Below, one piece after another: positions 1 to 12,441 of a stretch of 64,000 nt of DNA. This DNA is from an uncultured Planctomycetota bacterium (lineage in GTDB: Bacteria > Planctomycetota > Planctomycetia > Isosphaerales > Isosphaeraceae), in contig CAWGMQ010000010.1 of the NCBI GenBank assembly GCA_963823665.1, forward strand, positions 1,088,001 to 1,152,000, written 5' to 3'. The first letter of the stretch is position 1, and the number at the start of each line of letters is the position of its first letter. Both the position numbers and the translations under genes were made by a program. The notes under the pieces were generated by a model. That model was given only the letters and a program-made list of their open reading frames with translations. It was not told the DNA's origin and searched no databases.

Positions 1-204
1 CACCATCAAACTCGGCATCGTGCTCTTGTCCTTGTAGATGGGGACATACTTGTGCGCGAATGCCGTTCCTTCTTCTTCAGCTTCGGCCTGGGCCGAAATC
101 ATGGAGGCGAGCCCGATCACGGCGACCAGGAGCGTCGCGCCGACGGCTCGGGTGCTCCGGGTAAGACGTCGAGGCATCGCGCAGGTGTTTCCGCTGTACG
201 TCAT
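1..204 (-). CDS. Secreted hypothetical protein, 5' part (runs off window)
   Basis: Manual translation MTYSGNTCAMPRRLTRSTRAVGATLLVAVIGLASMISAQAEAEE...; signal-peptide-like; AAGGAGG RBS upstream. Confidence 0.6.
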   Translation of the reverse strand, partial: MTYSGNTCAMPRRLTRSTRAVGATLLVAVIGLASMISAQAEAEEEGTAFAHKYVPIYKDKSTMPSLMV

Positions 205-269
205 GGTTGATGTACCTCCTTATTCATCTAGGCGTCAGCGCATTCCGGGTCGGCCCGACAGCGATGCGA

Positions 270-3118
270 TTACCTGGACGCCTTTCCGACGACTTGCAGG
301 ATGGCGTTGGCGAAGTCGAGCGTGTAATTCTTGTTGATGAGCTTCAGCGTTCCGTGCTTGACGACGATCGGATACCGCCCTGGCGGGCTCTTCTTGGTGG
401 CGGTCGTGGAGACGGCCGGGGCGCCTTTGAACGCCTGCTTCGTGCTCTGGCCGAGGACGAGGCCATTGACCTCGAACGCCAGGCGCGGGTTCTTGGCCTT
501 GAAGTTTCTCTCGAGATAGAGCGCAGTGAAGGTCAGGGCCTCAGGGACGATGCGCAGTTCGCCCGGAACGTAGTTTACGGCATAGTTCCGCGAGGAAACG
601 CCGTCGGCAGAAACCGCATAGCTTCCGACGTTGCTGCCGGGCGCCGCGGATGTATCAAACGCCAAACCACCGGAGAGCACGTCCGGGCCCTGTCCGCTCA
701 CGAAACCACTGTACGTCACCGTGAAGGTGGAATTCGCCAGACCGTAGGACCGGGTTGCTGGGTTGACAGCCACGGTCAAAGGCGCGGGAAGAACGTTGAT
801 CCTGGTCGTGCCCGTGGAGGAGTTGTACGTGGTTGGGTCGCTCGGCGTGAAGAGAACGGTCAAGGTCTGGCTCGACCCGGCGTTCAGCAGGCCCCCCAAA
901 CCCGCCGGGTAGGTGTACTTGTACGTGCCCGCGATCGTCTGCCCATCGTAAGAAGCGGTCGCATCGAGTTGACTCGTGCCGAGCGCGGTTCCATAGATGA
1001 TCGGGTCGGGCGTCGTCCATGCGATCGTGGGAGTGATCTCGACCGTCGTGTCCGTGAGCGTGACGGTGCTCGGGGTGTAGCTCACCGTCAGGCTGTGGCC
1101 GTTGAACGGGATGACTGCGTTCTGAGCCAGGCCGTTGAATGTGCCGGTGACGCTCGCCGCCCTCACGATGGTGAACACGTCGCCGCTCGCCGACAGGAAA
1201 GCGCCAGCCAGATTGAGCTCGGCGCTGGCCAAGTTGACGGTGCCGGTGGAGCTCAGTTGGGAATACTGGGTTCCGGCCGTCGTGCCGTTCAAGAAGGCGT
1301 CGAAGTTCGCGCCGCTGGCGAGCGTCGGGCTCGCTGTGTTCAGGATGCCCGGGTCGTCAACGGCATCGCCGGGGGCGAGGTGGCCGCCAGCCTGCACGTT
1401 CACGGTGCCGCCGATCGTTCCGACGCCGTCCAGCGTCGCGCCGGTCGAAACCGTCACCGCGCTGCCGGACGCGAGCGTTCCGTCCACCTGAAGCGTGCCG
1501 CCGCTCCAGGTGTAAGTGCCTGACGAGGCAATGTTCAGCGTGGCGCCGCTCTTGATTTGCAGGGTGCAGGACCCGCTCTGATTGATCACGGAGCTATTGG
1601 TCAGCGTCATGTCGCTGAGGCTTAATGTGCCGCTCGTCAAGTCCACTGTGCCGGTGTTGGTGAAGGCCACGCCGTTGTCGGTCACCGTACTCACGCCGGC
1701 CTGAGCGCTAAAGCTGCCGGCGTTGTCGAATGTCGGGGCTGAGCCGTCGCTCCGGTCCAGTGAGGCGCCGGGCTGCGCGTTGAAGGTGGCCGCGGCAGCG
1801 CTTGTGAATCCGGCGCTGTTGTCGAAGGAGAGAGAGCCGCTCAGGGTGGTCGTCGCGTCGCTCGTGAACGAGCGGGTGTCGAGTGTGGCACTGCTGATGC
1901 TGACGGTGCCCTCGGCGATGGTTTCGCCGGTGCCAGCCATCGTGCCGCCGGACCAGTCGAGGGCGCCTGAGACACTCAGCGTGCCCGTGCCGGTCAATTC
2001 CCCGCCGGAGAGGTCAAGGCTCTCCACGCTCAGGCTGTTGCTGCCCAGGTTGGCTGTGCTGTAATTGATTTTCAGCTCGTTGCCCAGACTGGTCACGGGC
2101 GCGTCGAAATTGACCGAGCCGTCCAGGAGCGAGGTGGTGCCGTCGCCCGAGCCAAGCGTGTACGCGCCGTCGATGGTGGCTGAGACGTGATTGGTGAAGA
2201 GCACGGTGCCGTCCCCGCTGATGCTGGACTGCGAGCTGAGCGTGACCGCCGTCTCGCCAAAGGAGAGCGTGGCGTTCGAGGCCACCGTGAACGACCCGCT
2301 ATCCGTGCCGCCCGGGTCCTCAAGGTCAAGGGTTCCTGTCGAGACGGCGACGGTGCCCGAGTTGGTGAAAGCGACGCCGTCGTCGAGCACCGAATTTTCC
2401 GCGCCGACGTTGACGGTCAAGTCACCGGCATTGCTGAACGTCGGTGACGAGGAGTCGTCGTCAAACATGTCGGCGCCGTAAAGAGCGTCGACGGTGGCCG
2501 TGGCCGCGATCGAGACGCTGGCGCTGTTGTAGAAATCGAGATAGGCGCTCAGGGTAGCCGTGCCGTCGATCGTGAACGAGCGGGTGTAGATTATGGCGTT
2601 GCCGATGCTGACGTCGCCCGTGGCGATGGTCTGGCCCATGCCGGCCATCACGCCGCCGTTGTCCCAGGTCATGGCGCCGGCGACCGTCAATGTGCCCGCG
2701 CCTGCAGGGTCCCACGCAGCAGGTCGAGCGTGCCGTCGATCGTCGACGCAGACTCGATCGAGAGGATGCCGCTCGAGATCGACAGCGTGTCGGCCGCGGC
2801 CAGGCTGAGAGTGTTGACCGAGTCGGTATCACCCTGGGAGTGGGTGACCGTGATCCCGGGCGAGAGGTCAATGGTCACATCATCCGACGCGCCCGGCACG
2901 CTGCCGGTATTCCAGTTCGATGCCGTGTCCCAGTCGCCGCCGGCCGGGTTGATCCAGCTCACGGCGGACAGCAGGGTCCGGCGTTCCAGGGCGAAAAGGT
3001 CTGATCCTGGTTGGAACTCCGAGACGGCCTTGCGGCCTGGCCTGGGGCCGTCGGGCCGCGTTTGCCGGGAGGGAGAGTGGACGCGTCCTGATCGCATCGA
3101 GTCCAGCATGGTCATCAT
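270..3118 (-). CDS. Planctomycete secreted repeat protein (LERRTLLS motif, beta-helix-like repeats, C-terminal MBG-like domains); one frameshift near 2705
   Basis: ORFs 2687-3271 and 270-2690 join if one G is restored at CAG G(G)C GCG GGC; GGDWDTASNW motif; APLTVAVNPATRSYG MBG-like segment. Confidence 0.8.
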
Positions 3119-3377
3119 CTCACGATCCTCCTCATTGAAGTGCCCCGTCGATATCAGTCGTGGCTCTATCTCTTGAAATGCGGGTCGGGGCCGATCGTCC
3201 ACAGGCCGGCGCGTTCTTTCCCCGGAACCGCCTCCGGAGGCGCGCTCGCCTGAGCGCATCCCGGATGTCACGGTCTCGCTCGACGGCTCATTCCGGCGCT
3301 CCCTGGTCGCGAGGAAGCCGCGCGCGGGTCCGTTCGTGCCGATCCAGTCTCATGAAGACAACCTACCGGGACGCCTT

Positions 3378-5463
3378 TCAGAGGACTTGCAGGATGGCGT
3401 TGGCGAAGTCGAGCGTGTAATTCTTGTTGATGAGCTTCAGCGTTCCGTGCTTGACGACGATCGGATACCGCCCTGCCGGACTCTTCTTGTTGGCGGTCGT
3501 GGACACGACCGGGCGCCTTTGAACACCTGCTTCGTGGTTTGGCCGAGGACGAGGCCATTTACCTCGAACGCCAGCCTCGGATTCTTGGCCTTGAGGTTTC
3601 TCTCCAGATAGAGCGCACTGAAGGTCAGGGCCGCAGGGGCGATGCGGAGTGCGCCCGGGACGTATTTCACGGCATAGTTCTGCGAGGAAAGGCCGTCGAC
3701 CTGCACCGCGTAGCTTCCGACTTTGCTGCTGGGCACGGCGGTTGTATCAAACGCCAACGCACCGGAGAGCACGTCCGGGCCCTGTCCGTTCACGAAACCA
3801 CTGCACGTCACCGTGAAGGTGGGATTCGCCTGGCCGTAGGATCGGGTTTCTGGGTTGACGGCCACGGTCAGAGGCGCGGCAAGAACGTTGATCTGGGTCG
3901 TGCCCGTGGAGGAGTAGTACGTGTTTGTGTCGCTCGGCGTGAAGAGAACGGTCAAGGTCTGGCTCGACCCGGCGTTCAATCCTCCCCCCGAACCCGCCGG
4001 GTAGGTGTACTTGTACGTGCCCGCGATCGTCTGCCCGTCGTAAGAGGCTTTCGCGTCGAGTTGAGTCGCGCCGAGCGCGGTTCCAAAGACGATCGAGGCG
4101 GGCGTGGTCCACGCGATCGTGGGAGTGATCTCGACCGTCGTGTCCGTGAGCGTGACGGTGCTCGGGGTGTAGATCACCGTCAGGCTGCGGCCGTTGAAGG
4201 GGATGACTGCGTTCTGGGGCAGGCCGTTGAACGTGCCGGTGACGCTCGCCGCCCGGACGACGGTGAACACGTCACCCGTGACCGACGCGAAGCTGCCGGG
4301 CAGGTTCAGCTCGGCGCCGGCGAGGTTAACGCTGCCGGTGGAGTTCAACTGGGAATACTGGGTTCCGAGCGTCGTGCCGTTCAAGTAGGCGTCGAAGTTC
4401 GCGCCGGTGGCGATCGTCGTGCTCGCCGTGTGCAGGATGCCCGGGTCGTATACGGCATCGCCGGGGGCGAGGTGGCCGCCAGCCTGCACGTTCAGCGTAC
4501 CGCTGATCGTTCCGATGCCGTCGAGCGTCGCGCCGCTTGGAACCGTCACCTCGCTGCCGGACGCCAGCGTTCCGTCCACCTGAAGCGTGCCGCCGCTCCA
4601 GGTGTAAATGCCCGATGAGGCATTGTTCAGCGTGGCGCCGCTCTCGATTCGCAGGGTGCTGGAGCCGCTCTGATTGATCGCGGAGTTATTGGTCAGCCTC
4701 ATGTCGATGAGGCGCAAAGTGCCGCTCGTCAAGTCGACGGTGCCGGTGTTGGCGAAGGCCACTCCGTTGTCGCTTACCGTACTGCCCGCGGCGGCCTGAG
4801 CGGTAAAGCTGCCGGCGTTGTTGAACTCGGACACTGAGCTGTCGCTCAAGTCCAGGGACGCGCCGGTCTGAGCGTTGAAGGTGCCGGTGACTGCATTGTG
4901 GCCGTGCCGTCGTTCGTCAACGAACGAGTGTCGAGCATGCCGCCGTCGATACTGATATCGCCCATGACGATGATCTGGCCCGTGCCGGTCATCGTGCCGC
5001 CCTCGCCCAAGGTCATGGCGCCGGTGATGGTCAGTGTGCCGGCGCCCTCCAGGGTTCCACCCGTGAGGTTGAGCGTGCCGTCGATCGTCGAGGCAGATTC
5101 GATCGAGAGGCTGCCGCTCGAGAACGACAGTGTGTCGGCTCCGGCCACGGTGAGATCGTTGACAGAGTCGGCATCATTCTGGGAGTGAGTGACGGTGACC
5201 CCGGGCGATAGGTCAATGGTCACATTATCCGACGCGCCCGGCATGCTGCCGGTGCTCCAGTTCGAGCCCGTGTCCCAGTCGCCGCCGGCCGCGTTGATCC
5301 AGTTCACGGTGGACAGCAACGTCCTGGGTTCCAGGGCGATCGGGTCCCATCCCGGGTTGAAGTTCAGGACGGCCTTGCGCTCTTGGCGGCGCCCGTCGTG
5401 CTTCGCTTGCCGGAGGCGAGGGTGGACATGGCGAAATCGCAGCGAGTCGAGCATGGTCATCAT
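3378..5463 (-). CDS. Shorter tandem paralogue of the 270-3118 protein; frameshifts near 4870 and 3510
   Basis: ORFs 4846-5583 and 3437-4849 are near-identical to the neighbouring copy over long stretches; LEPRTLLS motif. Confidence 0.78.
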
Positions 5464-5712
5464 CCCACGATCCTTCTGATAGCAGTGCCCCTCGATTTGA
5501 GTCGTGGCCCTATGTCTTGAAATGCGGGTCGGGGCCGATTGTCCACAGCTTTCTTGTAACGGACCCGGGCGCGCTGTACGCATCGCTCCGCGCGGAATTC
5601 TCTGGACAACGCCGACGCTGGGGATTAGCCTGCCGGGTGAGTTGCTTCATTTCGCGAGAACGCACGACGGACTTCGGATTCCTGATGCCCAACATGGAGA
5701 GGAGAAGTCTAT

Positions 5713-6948
5713 ATGAGTGACGAACGCGGTGAACTGCCGGGAGGGATCGACCGGCGCGGGTTCCTGGCAACCGGAGCTGGCGCAATGGCGGCAGCCACAG
5801 CACTCGCAGAAGGACAGTCCGCCTCCGCGGACGAGGTGGCGAAGAAGAACGGCCAACCCTCCGTGCTAGCCACTCGGACCTTGGGCCGAACGGGCGCCAA
5901 GGTGACGATCCTCAACCTCGGAACGTGGATGAGCCCTGGGGGTGAGCGGCTGCTGCGCTATGCGTGGGCCAGCGGCATCCGCTACGTCGACACAGCCAAG
6001 AGCTACGGATCTGAGCCCATGATCGGCCGCTGGATGCAAGCGGCGAGCGTGCCCCGCAACCAGTTGTTTCTGGCCACGAAGGACCAGCCGAACGAGCCCC
6101 GCCAGCTCATCGAGCAACTGGACCAGCGACTCGAGGCGCTTCAGACCGACTACGTCGATCTGATCTACCTCCACGCCCTGGGCGACAGGAACTTCGAGCT
6201 CGAGATGGGGTGGCTGACGAGCCCCGAGCTCAAGGCCACGGCCGACGCGATTCGCAAATCCGGCAAGGCGAAGTACGTCGGTTTTTCGACCCATCATCCG
6301 GCGCGCCACCTGTTGCTCCGGGCTGCCGTGCAGGGCGGGTTCCTCGATGTGATCATGCTTCAGAACAATCCCTGGCTCGCGGCCGACGACGATATGAACC
6401 GAGCGCTCGACGCCGCCGCCAAGCGAGGAATCGGCCTGGTATCGATGAAGCAAGTCGCGGGCAACGTGAACCTCGAGGAGATCGGGATGGCCCTCGAGGG
6501 AAGCACCAAGATGCTCCTCACGCCCTACCAGTCGCTCTTGCACGCGATCTGGACCGACCAGCGATTTGCGTCGGTCTGCGTCTCGATGCGCAATACCGAG
6601 CAGATCCGCGAGAACGCCGCGGCGGCGCGAGTGTTCCGGCCGCTGAAAAAAGTCGAAATCGAGCGGCTGCACAAAGCGTGCGTTGCCGCCGGGCCGACGA
6701 TGTGTGCCTCGTGCGATGGGCGATGCGGCCGTGCTGCCGGGACGCCTGCCGAGCTGGGGAACCTGACGAGGTTTCTCACTTATCACGACCATCACGGCTA
6801 CCGAAGTGAAGCCAGGCGGCTCTATGGCGAGCTCGGCGCAGAGGCGCGCGAATGGCGCGGCGCCGACCTCGAGGCGGCCCGTCAGGCCTGCCCCAATCAG
6901 CTCAATTTTGCCGAGTTGCTGCCGCGGGCGGACAAGGTCCTCGGCTGA
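5713..6948 (+). CDS. Aldo/keto reductase family protein with Tat signal and C-terminal Cys cluster
   Basis: DRRGFL twin-Arg motif; RTLGRTG, YVDTAKSYG, LATK, LQTDYVDL motifs; CASCDGRC. Confidence 0.88.
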   Translation: MSDERGELPGGIDRRGFLATGAGAMAAATALAEGQSASADEVAKKNGQPSVLATRTLGRTGAKVTILNLGTWMSPGGERLLRYAWASGIRYVDTAKSYGSEPMIGRWMQAASVPRNQLFLATKDQPNEPRQLIEQLDQRLEALQTDYVDLIYLHALGDRNFELEMGWLTSPELKATADAIRKSGKAKYVGFSTHHPARHLLLRAAVQGGFLDVIMLQNNPWLAADDDMNRALDAAAKRGIGLVSMKQVAGNVNLEEIGMALEGSTKMLLTPYQSLLHAIWTDQRFASVCVSMRNTEQIRENAAAARVFRPLKKVEIERLHKACVAAGPTMCASCDGRCGRAAGTPAELGNLTRFLTYHDHHGYRSEARRLYGELGAEAREWRGADLEAARQACPNQLNFAELLPRADKVLG

Positions 6949-7244
6949 TACGACTGACGATGACACGGACGCGCCGCGGAGATCTTCGCTGCGCGGCGTT
7001 TGTTTCGTTCATGCCAAGGAGGGATCGGTTCCGGCGTCACCGAACTTGTTCGCGACCGGCACACGCAGAAGTCGTCGATCGGGAGCCCGCCCTGTTGGGA
7101 AAACCAGGGAGTTAAGTATGGTGCCGCCCGATCCCCAACGACTCCGGAACTCCCGCGACGTTCACCGGCCCGGCCAACGCATGAACGCACCCGCGAAGGC
7201 GCGCGCATGACAGCACGTCAACCCCCAGCGACGGCCGAAGGTCG

Positions 7245-7598
7245 TCATTCATCTCGCGGGCTGAGTGCGTCGGGCTCGACCGGTTGCCAGGGGCGCGACG
7301 CCGCACGCTCCCATTTCGCTTGCATCGCCGAGTGATAAGTCGTTAACGCTGGGACAAACGGCGGCCCGCCCGGCCAGGGATACGAGGCGCCCATGCCCTC
7401 GCGCATCAGAGTCCAGCGCCGCTCCCAGTACTCGATCCCCCCGGGAACCTCGTGGATTGTTCGCAACCGATTCCGGTGCTCCCCAGCGCGGTCAAGATAC
7501 TCCCAACGGAGGAGACATAGCCGCCCGACAGCCACCACGGCGACCAACGCGGCGATCGCCGCCGCCACCCGCCACTTTGCCATCCCCGCAAGGCGCAT
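7245..7598 (-). CDS. Small membrane-anchored hypothetical protein
   Basis: N-terminal hydrophobic helix; C-terminal KWERAASRPWQPVEPD. Confidence 0.5.
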   Translation of the reverse strand: MRLAGMAKWRVAAAIAALVAVVAVGRLCLLRWEYLDRAGEHRNRLRTIHEVPGGIEYWERRWTLMREGMGASYPWPGGPPFVPALTTYHSAMQAKWERAASRPWQPVEPDALSPRDE

Positions 7599-8305
7599 CG
7601 CTCGATGACCCCGCGCCGCGGTACGGTGTCTTGACAGAATCTGGCCCGTCTATATCAATCCAACTTTGCGTCGAGAAGCACTTACATTGTACAAGGCGCC
7701 GAATCAGAAGGAATCCGACACCGATTTTTCCGTCGAGGAACCCCAGACGCATTGGCTCTCAGGGACGAGCGCGAAGTCCATCGGCTCGTAGGGGGAGATC
7801 CGACGCCCGTTGTCGCAGAGTGAATCATCCATGGACGCCTCGGACCCACCAGACGAACGGCGTCTTGAAACTCGTCGTCAGGCCAGAAGGTTGGTGTCTC
7901 CATAGATGCTCAAGTCGATCGTTCGAGCCTCTCCCGCGCCGATCGGCCAATTCCCCGATTGTAAGAGTGCAATGCATCCCGCAACACCCTCGCGTCGGAT
8001 TCCTCGGCGCTTGGCGCATTGCCCCGCTTCTTGTCGCCTCGTTCACGTAAGCGGAGCCTCCTTTCCGGTGACTGCGAGTCGGGCCGAAACGGATTCCGCG
8101 GCCGTCCACTTCCGCTGGTGGTATTGCTGCTGCTCATTGACCTGGCCATGCCAGAGGAGCCGTTCACGCACTGACCGCGCGTACGACAGGGACTCGCCGA
8201 TTGTCCCGATTCAGATCAGCGTGGGCACAGGAGTGTGCCGTGGTGCCTCTTGGGACGCGGTGCGGAGCATGTTAGACTGCCTGGCTCTCAGCCAGACACA
8301 GGCCG

Positions 8306-8944
8306 TTGATCGATTCGAGGAGGCGCATTGTGTTGTGGTGGATTGTCGGACTGGCGGTGGTCGCTGTTCTGGGGTACGTGATCTGGATGTACAACCGGCT
8401 CGTGGGTTTGACCAAGCGCGCGGACGCGGCATGGAGCGATATCGACGTGCAGCTCAAACGGAGGTGGGACCTGGTTCCCGCTCTTGTCGAGACGGTCAAG
8501 GGTTATGCTCATCACGAGTCGAGCACGCTGGAGGGTGTCGTCCTGGCCAGGGGCCAGGCGGTGCAGCCTGCTTCGATCGCGGAGCGCGGCGCGCGCGAGG
8601 AGGGTCTGTCGGCGGCCGTGGGGCGGCTGTTCGCGGTGGCCGAGGCTTATCCCGATCTCAAAGCCAGCCAGAACTTCCGGGACCTGCAACACAACCTCGT
8701 CGAGATCGAGAACACGATTCAGTACGCTCGCCGGTATTACAACGCCGTGGTACGTGACTGGAACTCGCTGGTCGAGGGTATCCCGTCGGGATGGATCGCG
8801 GCGGGGGCGGGATACCGCGAGCGGCCGTTCTTCCAGCTCGACAACGAGGCAGAGCGTGCTGTACCCAAGGTGACGTTCGGGTCGTCAGGGGCGACTGGCG
8901 GCCCCGAGGAAGCGACGCCGCGAGGCCAAGGCGGTGCGGGTTGA
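8306..8944 (+). CDS. lemA: LemA family protein
   Basis: N-terminal TM; YNRLV, AWSDIDVQLKRRWDLVP, AEAYPDLKA, ARRYYN motifs. Confidence 0.92.
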   Translation: MIDSRRRIVLWWIVGLAVVAVLGYVIWMYNRLVGLTKRADAAWSDIDVQLKRRWDLVPALVETVKGYAHHESSTLEGVVLARGQAVQPASIAERGAREEGLSAAVGRLFAVAEAYPDLKASQNFRDLQHNLVEIENTIQYARRYYNAVVRDWNSLVEGIPSGWIAAGAGYRERPFFQLDNEAERAVPKVTFGSSGATGGPEEATPRGQGGAG

Positions 8945-10784
8945 CGTTAAGGGGATGGAGGCGGTCGTGCCAAGATCTTGTTCATCGACCGGACGATGGC
9001 CGGTCTGGATTTGCCTGTTCATCGCGCTCACGGGCAACGGGCTCGCGATGGCCCCGGCGCGCGGTGATTCCGGCTGGACGGTGCACAAGTTCGAGGTCAC
9101 GCTCGACGTGCGGCCCGACGCGGCGCTCGAGGTGACCGAGTTGATCGACGCAGACTTCCAGGTTCCCAAACACGGCATTTACCGCGAGATCCCGATCCGA
9201 TACGCGGTCGGGATGCAGCAATATGCCTTGCGATTTCATTTGCTAGGCGTCGACGACGGCGCCGGAAAGAGATATGGGACCGCGGTTTCGTACGAGGAGA
9301 ATCGGGTCCGGATCCGGATCGGCAGCGCGGCTGAGACGCTCAGTGGTCCCGTACCATACCGCATCCGCTACCGCGTCGAGCGGGCGATCCTGTGGGAAGG
9401 AACGCGCGCCTGGGGCGGAGAAGAGGGGAATCGCGATCACGCGATCTTGCGCTGGAACGCCACCGGAACCGAGTGGGGGGTGCCCATCCGACGGTCGACG
9501 GTGGTGGTCAAACTGCCACGCGAGCTCGACGACTCTCAGGTACTCTACGACGCCTGGACCGGGGTCTACGGTGCCAAGGGCAAGGACTTCACCAAGCGGC
9601 GGGTTGATGCGCGGACGGTCGCCTTTGATACCAACGAGCTGCGCGGCGGCGAGGGGATCACGGTCGAGGTGACGATGCCCGGCGACGCAGTCGCACGACC
9701 TGGCTGGGTGAGCGAGGCCTTCGCGTGGCTGGTCGACAACTTCCCGTACGCGATCTTCCCCGCGACATTTTTCGCTTGTATTGCCGCGTGGTTCTATCGC
9801 GGCCGGGACCTGCCGGGCCAGGGTACAATCGTTGTCAACTACGAACCTCCGGATGGGTTTTCACCGGCGGAGGTCGGCACCTTGATCGACGAGCGAGTGG
9901 ACCTGCGGGACATCTCCGCCGTGATCATCGACCTCGCCGCGCGAGGGTATCTCTCAATCAAGGAGATTCCGGCGAAGTCCGTGTTTTCGTCCCGTGTCGA
10001 TTATCAGTTCGAGCGCGGCGAGGCCTCCGGCAGTCTCAAGCCTTTTGAGGCGGAGATTCACAGCATGCTCTTCAAGGGCCGGGACGAGGTCCTCATGAGT
10101 GATCTGGAAACGAAGTTCTACCCGGTGATCGCCAAGGTGAAGCATCATCTTTATCAGGGTCTGAGCAAAGGAGGATACTTCGACGGCAACCCGACGACGG
10201 TTCGGGGCACGTTTCTCGGACTCGGCCTGCTCTTGCTTTTGATTACTCTAGGCGGCTCCGCACTCTTCCAATTCTGGATGATCGGCCGGGTTTTCATCGT
10301 GCCGATCGCGATTGCGGGCGTGCTCTCGGCGATCGTGATCATTGTCACCAGCCGTGTCATGCCGCGCAAGACCAGGAAGGGGCGGATCGCCTGGGAGCAG
10401 ATCCACGGGCTGGAGGAGTACATCCGCCGTGCCGAGGTCGACGACATCCAGGCCCAGGATCGGCGCGGAATCTTCGAGCGTCTTCTGCCTTATGCGATCA
10501 TCTTCGGACTGTCGAACCGATGGGCCAAAGCATTTGCAAACCTTTATACCGAACCGCCCAACTGGTACCAGCCTGCCGACGCGCTCAATTACTCGACGCT
10601 CAGATTCGTGAACGACATCGACCACTCGGTTTCCTCGATGAATCGCACGTTGCCGGCGATGCCGCGCTCAACCGGCACCGGCGGCGGCCCGACGGGAGCG
10701 GGCTATGCCTGGTCGAGCGGGGGATTTTCGGGAGGCGGCTCGTCCGGCGGCGGATTCGGTGGCGGCGGCGGCGGGTCGTGGTAA
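8934..10784 (+). CDS. DUF2207 family membrane protein
   Basis: HGIYREIP, WNATGTEW, DLAARGYL, ERLLPYA, Gly-rich GGGGGGSW C-terminus; directly after lemA. Confidence 0.88.
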   Translation: MRVDVKGMEAVVPRSCSSTGRWPVWICLFIALTGNGLAMAPARGDSGWTVHKFEVTLDVRPDAALEVTELIDADFQVPKHGIYREIPIRYAVGMQQYALRFHLLGVDDGAGKRYGTAVSYEENRVRIRIGSAAETLSGPVPYRIRYRVERAILWEGTRAWGGEEGNRDHAILRWNATGTEWGVPIRRSTVVVKLPRELDDSQVLYDAWTGVYGAKGKDFTKRRVDARTVAFDTNELRGGEGITVEVTMPGDAVARPGWVSEAFAWLVDNFPYAIFPATFFACIAAWFYRGRDLPGQGTIVVNYEPPDGFSPAEVGTLIDERVDLRDISAVIIDLAARGYLSIKEIPAKSVFSSRVDYQFERGEASGSLKPFEAEIHSMLFKGRDEVLMSDLETKFYPVIAKVKHHLYQGLSKGGYFDGNPTTVRGTFLGLGLLLLLITLGGSALFQFWMIGRVFIVPIAIAGVLSAIVIIVTSRVMPRKTRKGRIAWEQIHGLEEYIRRAEVDDIQAQDRRGIFERLLPYAIIFGLSNRWAKAFANLYTEPPNWYQPADALNYSTLRFVNDIDHSVSSMNRTLPAMPRSTGTGGGPTGAGYAWSSGGFSGGGSSGGGFGGGGGGSW

Positions 10785-10847
10785 GCCGGACCCGCCGCAC
10801 GGCCGTTCGCGTCGAGAAAGCCATCAAGGCATGCGTGAATGGTCAAC

Positions 10848-12177
10848 TCAGCCGATCTCATATGGCGCGCGCTGGGGTCGAGAAAGCAGGGCATTGGCCT
10901 CGGAGTCGCCGGTGATTTCTTCCTTCGCTGGATCCCAGGTGAGCTTCTGACGACCGAGTCGCAGCGCGATATTCGCCAGGTGGCACGTGGTGAGCGCCCG
11001 GTGGTGCGACCAGACGTCGGAAACGGGCTCCGAGCGGTCGCGGATGCACTCGAAGAAATTGGCCATATGGCCATCCACAGTCTTGCCTTTGCGCAGCTCC
11101 TTCAGAAGCGACTCGGGAACGGGGTTTTTGTAGAGCGCATCCACCGCGCCGCCGTCGAGGTCGATCCGGTCGCGAGTGACAAAGATGTGGCCACTTGAGC
11201 CTTCGATCTTGACGCCGTTCTCGAGGTCGTGGCGGATATCCAAGACGATGCCGCCTGCAAAGCGGGCGCGGAACAGGAACTCGGTGGCGGTGTTGTAGCG
11301 ATCGTCGACAGTCGGGTAGCCAGCTTTGAATTCGACCGGAAGCACACCCTTCACAACCTCAATACTGTTCGGTCCGGAATTGTCCATGCCGATGGCCCAC
11401 TGGCCGATGTCGACGTGGTGGGCGCCCCAGTCGGTGAGCTTGCCTCCGGAGTATTCATACCACCAGCGAAACTCGGCGTGGCAGCGCTTCGTACGATAAG
11501 CGACCTTGGGCGCCTGGCCGAGCCACATGTCCCAATTCAGCTCGGAAGGGGGATCGACCGCGGGGAACGGGCCGCCCGAGGGCCCGCCGCCGATGGACGC
11601 GGTGACCTTGCGGACCTTGCCGATCCGGCCGTCCCGCACCATGGCAACGGCGAGCAGGAACACGCGGTTGTGGTCGCTTCGCTGCTGCGTGCCGACCTGC
11701 ACCACGCGTTTGGTTTCCTTCGCGACCTGGCCGAGCTTCTTGCCTTCGTCAATCGTGAGGGTGAGCGGCTTCTCGCAATAGATGTCCTTGCCTGCGCATG
11801 GCGTCGATGCAGATCTTGGTGTGCCAGTGGTCGGGCGTGCCGACGATGACGGCGTCAATGTCGTTGCGGTCGAGGAGCTTGTGGTAGTCCTCGTACACGT
11901 CGGCTTTTCCCTTGCCGATGCGCCGGTCGTTCTTGGCTTTTTCGGCGTGCTTGCGGTCAACGTCGCAGACGGCCAGGAAATCGCCGTGGCCGCTTGCACC
12001 GTGCGCATCGCCCGAGCCTTGCCCGCCCGCGCCGATCAAGCCGAGTCGCGGCCGGTCGTTCTTGGCCCTTGTCTCGTCGCCCACGGCGCGCCCGAAAGGC
12101 GCGAGGAACGGTAAGAGCGCGGGGCTGCTCGCCGATACACGAAGGAAATCGCGGCGGTTGCGGTTGCGGGGGCTCAT
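10848..12177 (-). CDS. Gfo/Idh/MocA oxidoreductase with Tat signal; frameshift near 11790
   Basis: [21 protein letters not shown] in ORF 11749-12222 continuing into [17 protein letters not shown] in ORF 10848-12008. Confidence 0.88.
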
Positions 12178-12441
12178 CGTGATTATTCCTCGAGCAAAAG
12201 GATGACCCGGCCGGGCTCGCACGTGCCACGCGCTCCGGGGCCACGGCCTTGATCGTTGAATTCGAGTTTAACGTCCAGATGGCGCTAAGGAAATGAGGAT
12301 GCGGATTGTGCAGGACGACCGGCAGAGCCGAAGCCGACGCCAGCGAACCGGCTCCACTGTGGAGCTGAGGGCGACCACGGCAGCGCTGTTCTTGGACGCG
12401 GAGGTTGATATCATCCTTGATGAACGCGATTCATCTCATCG

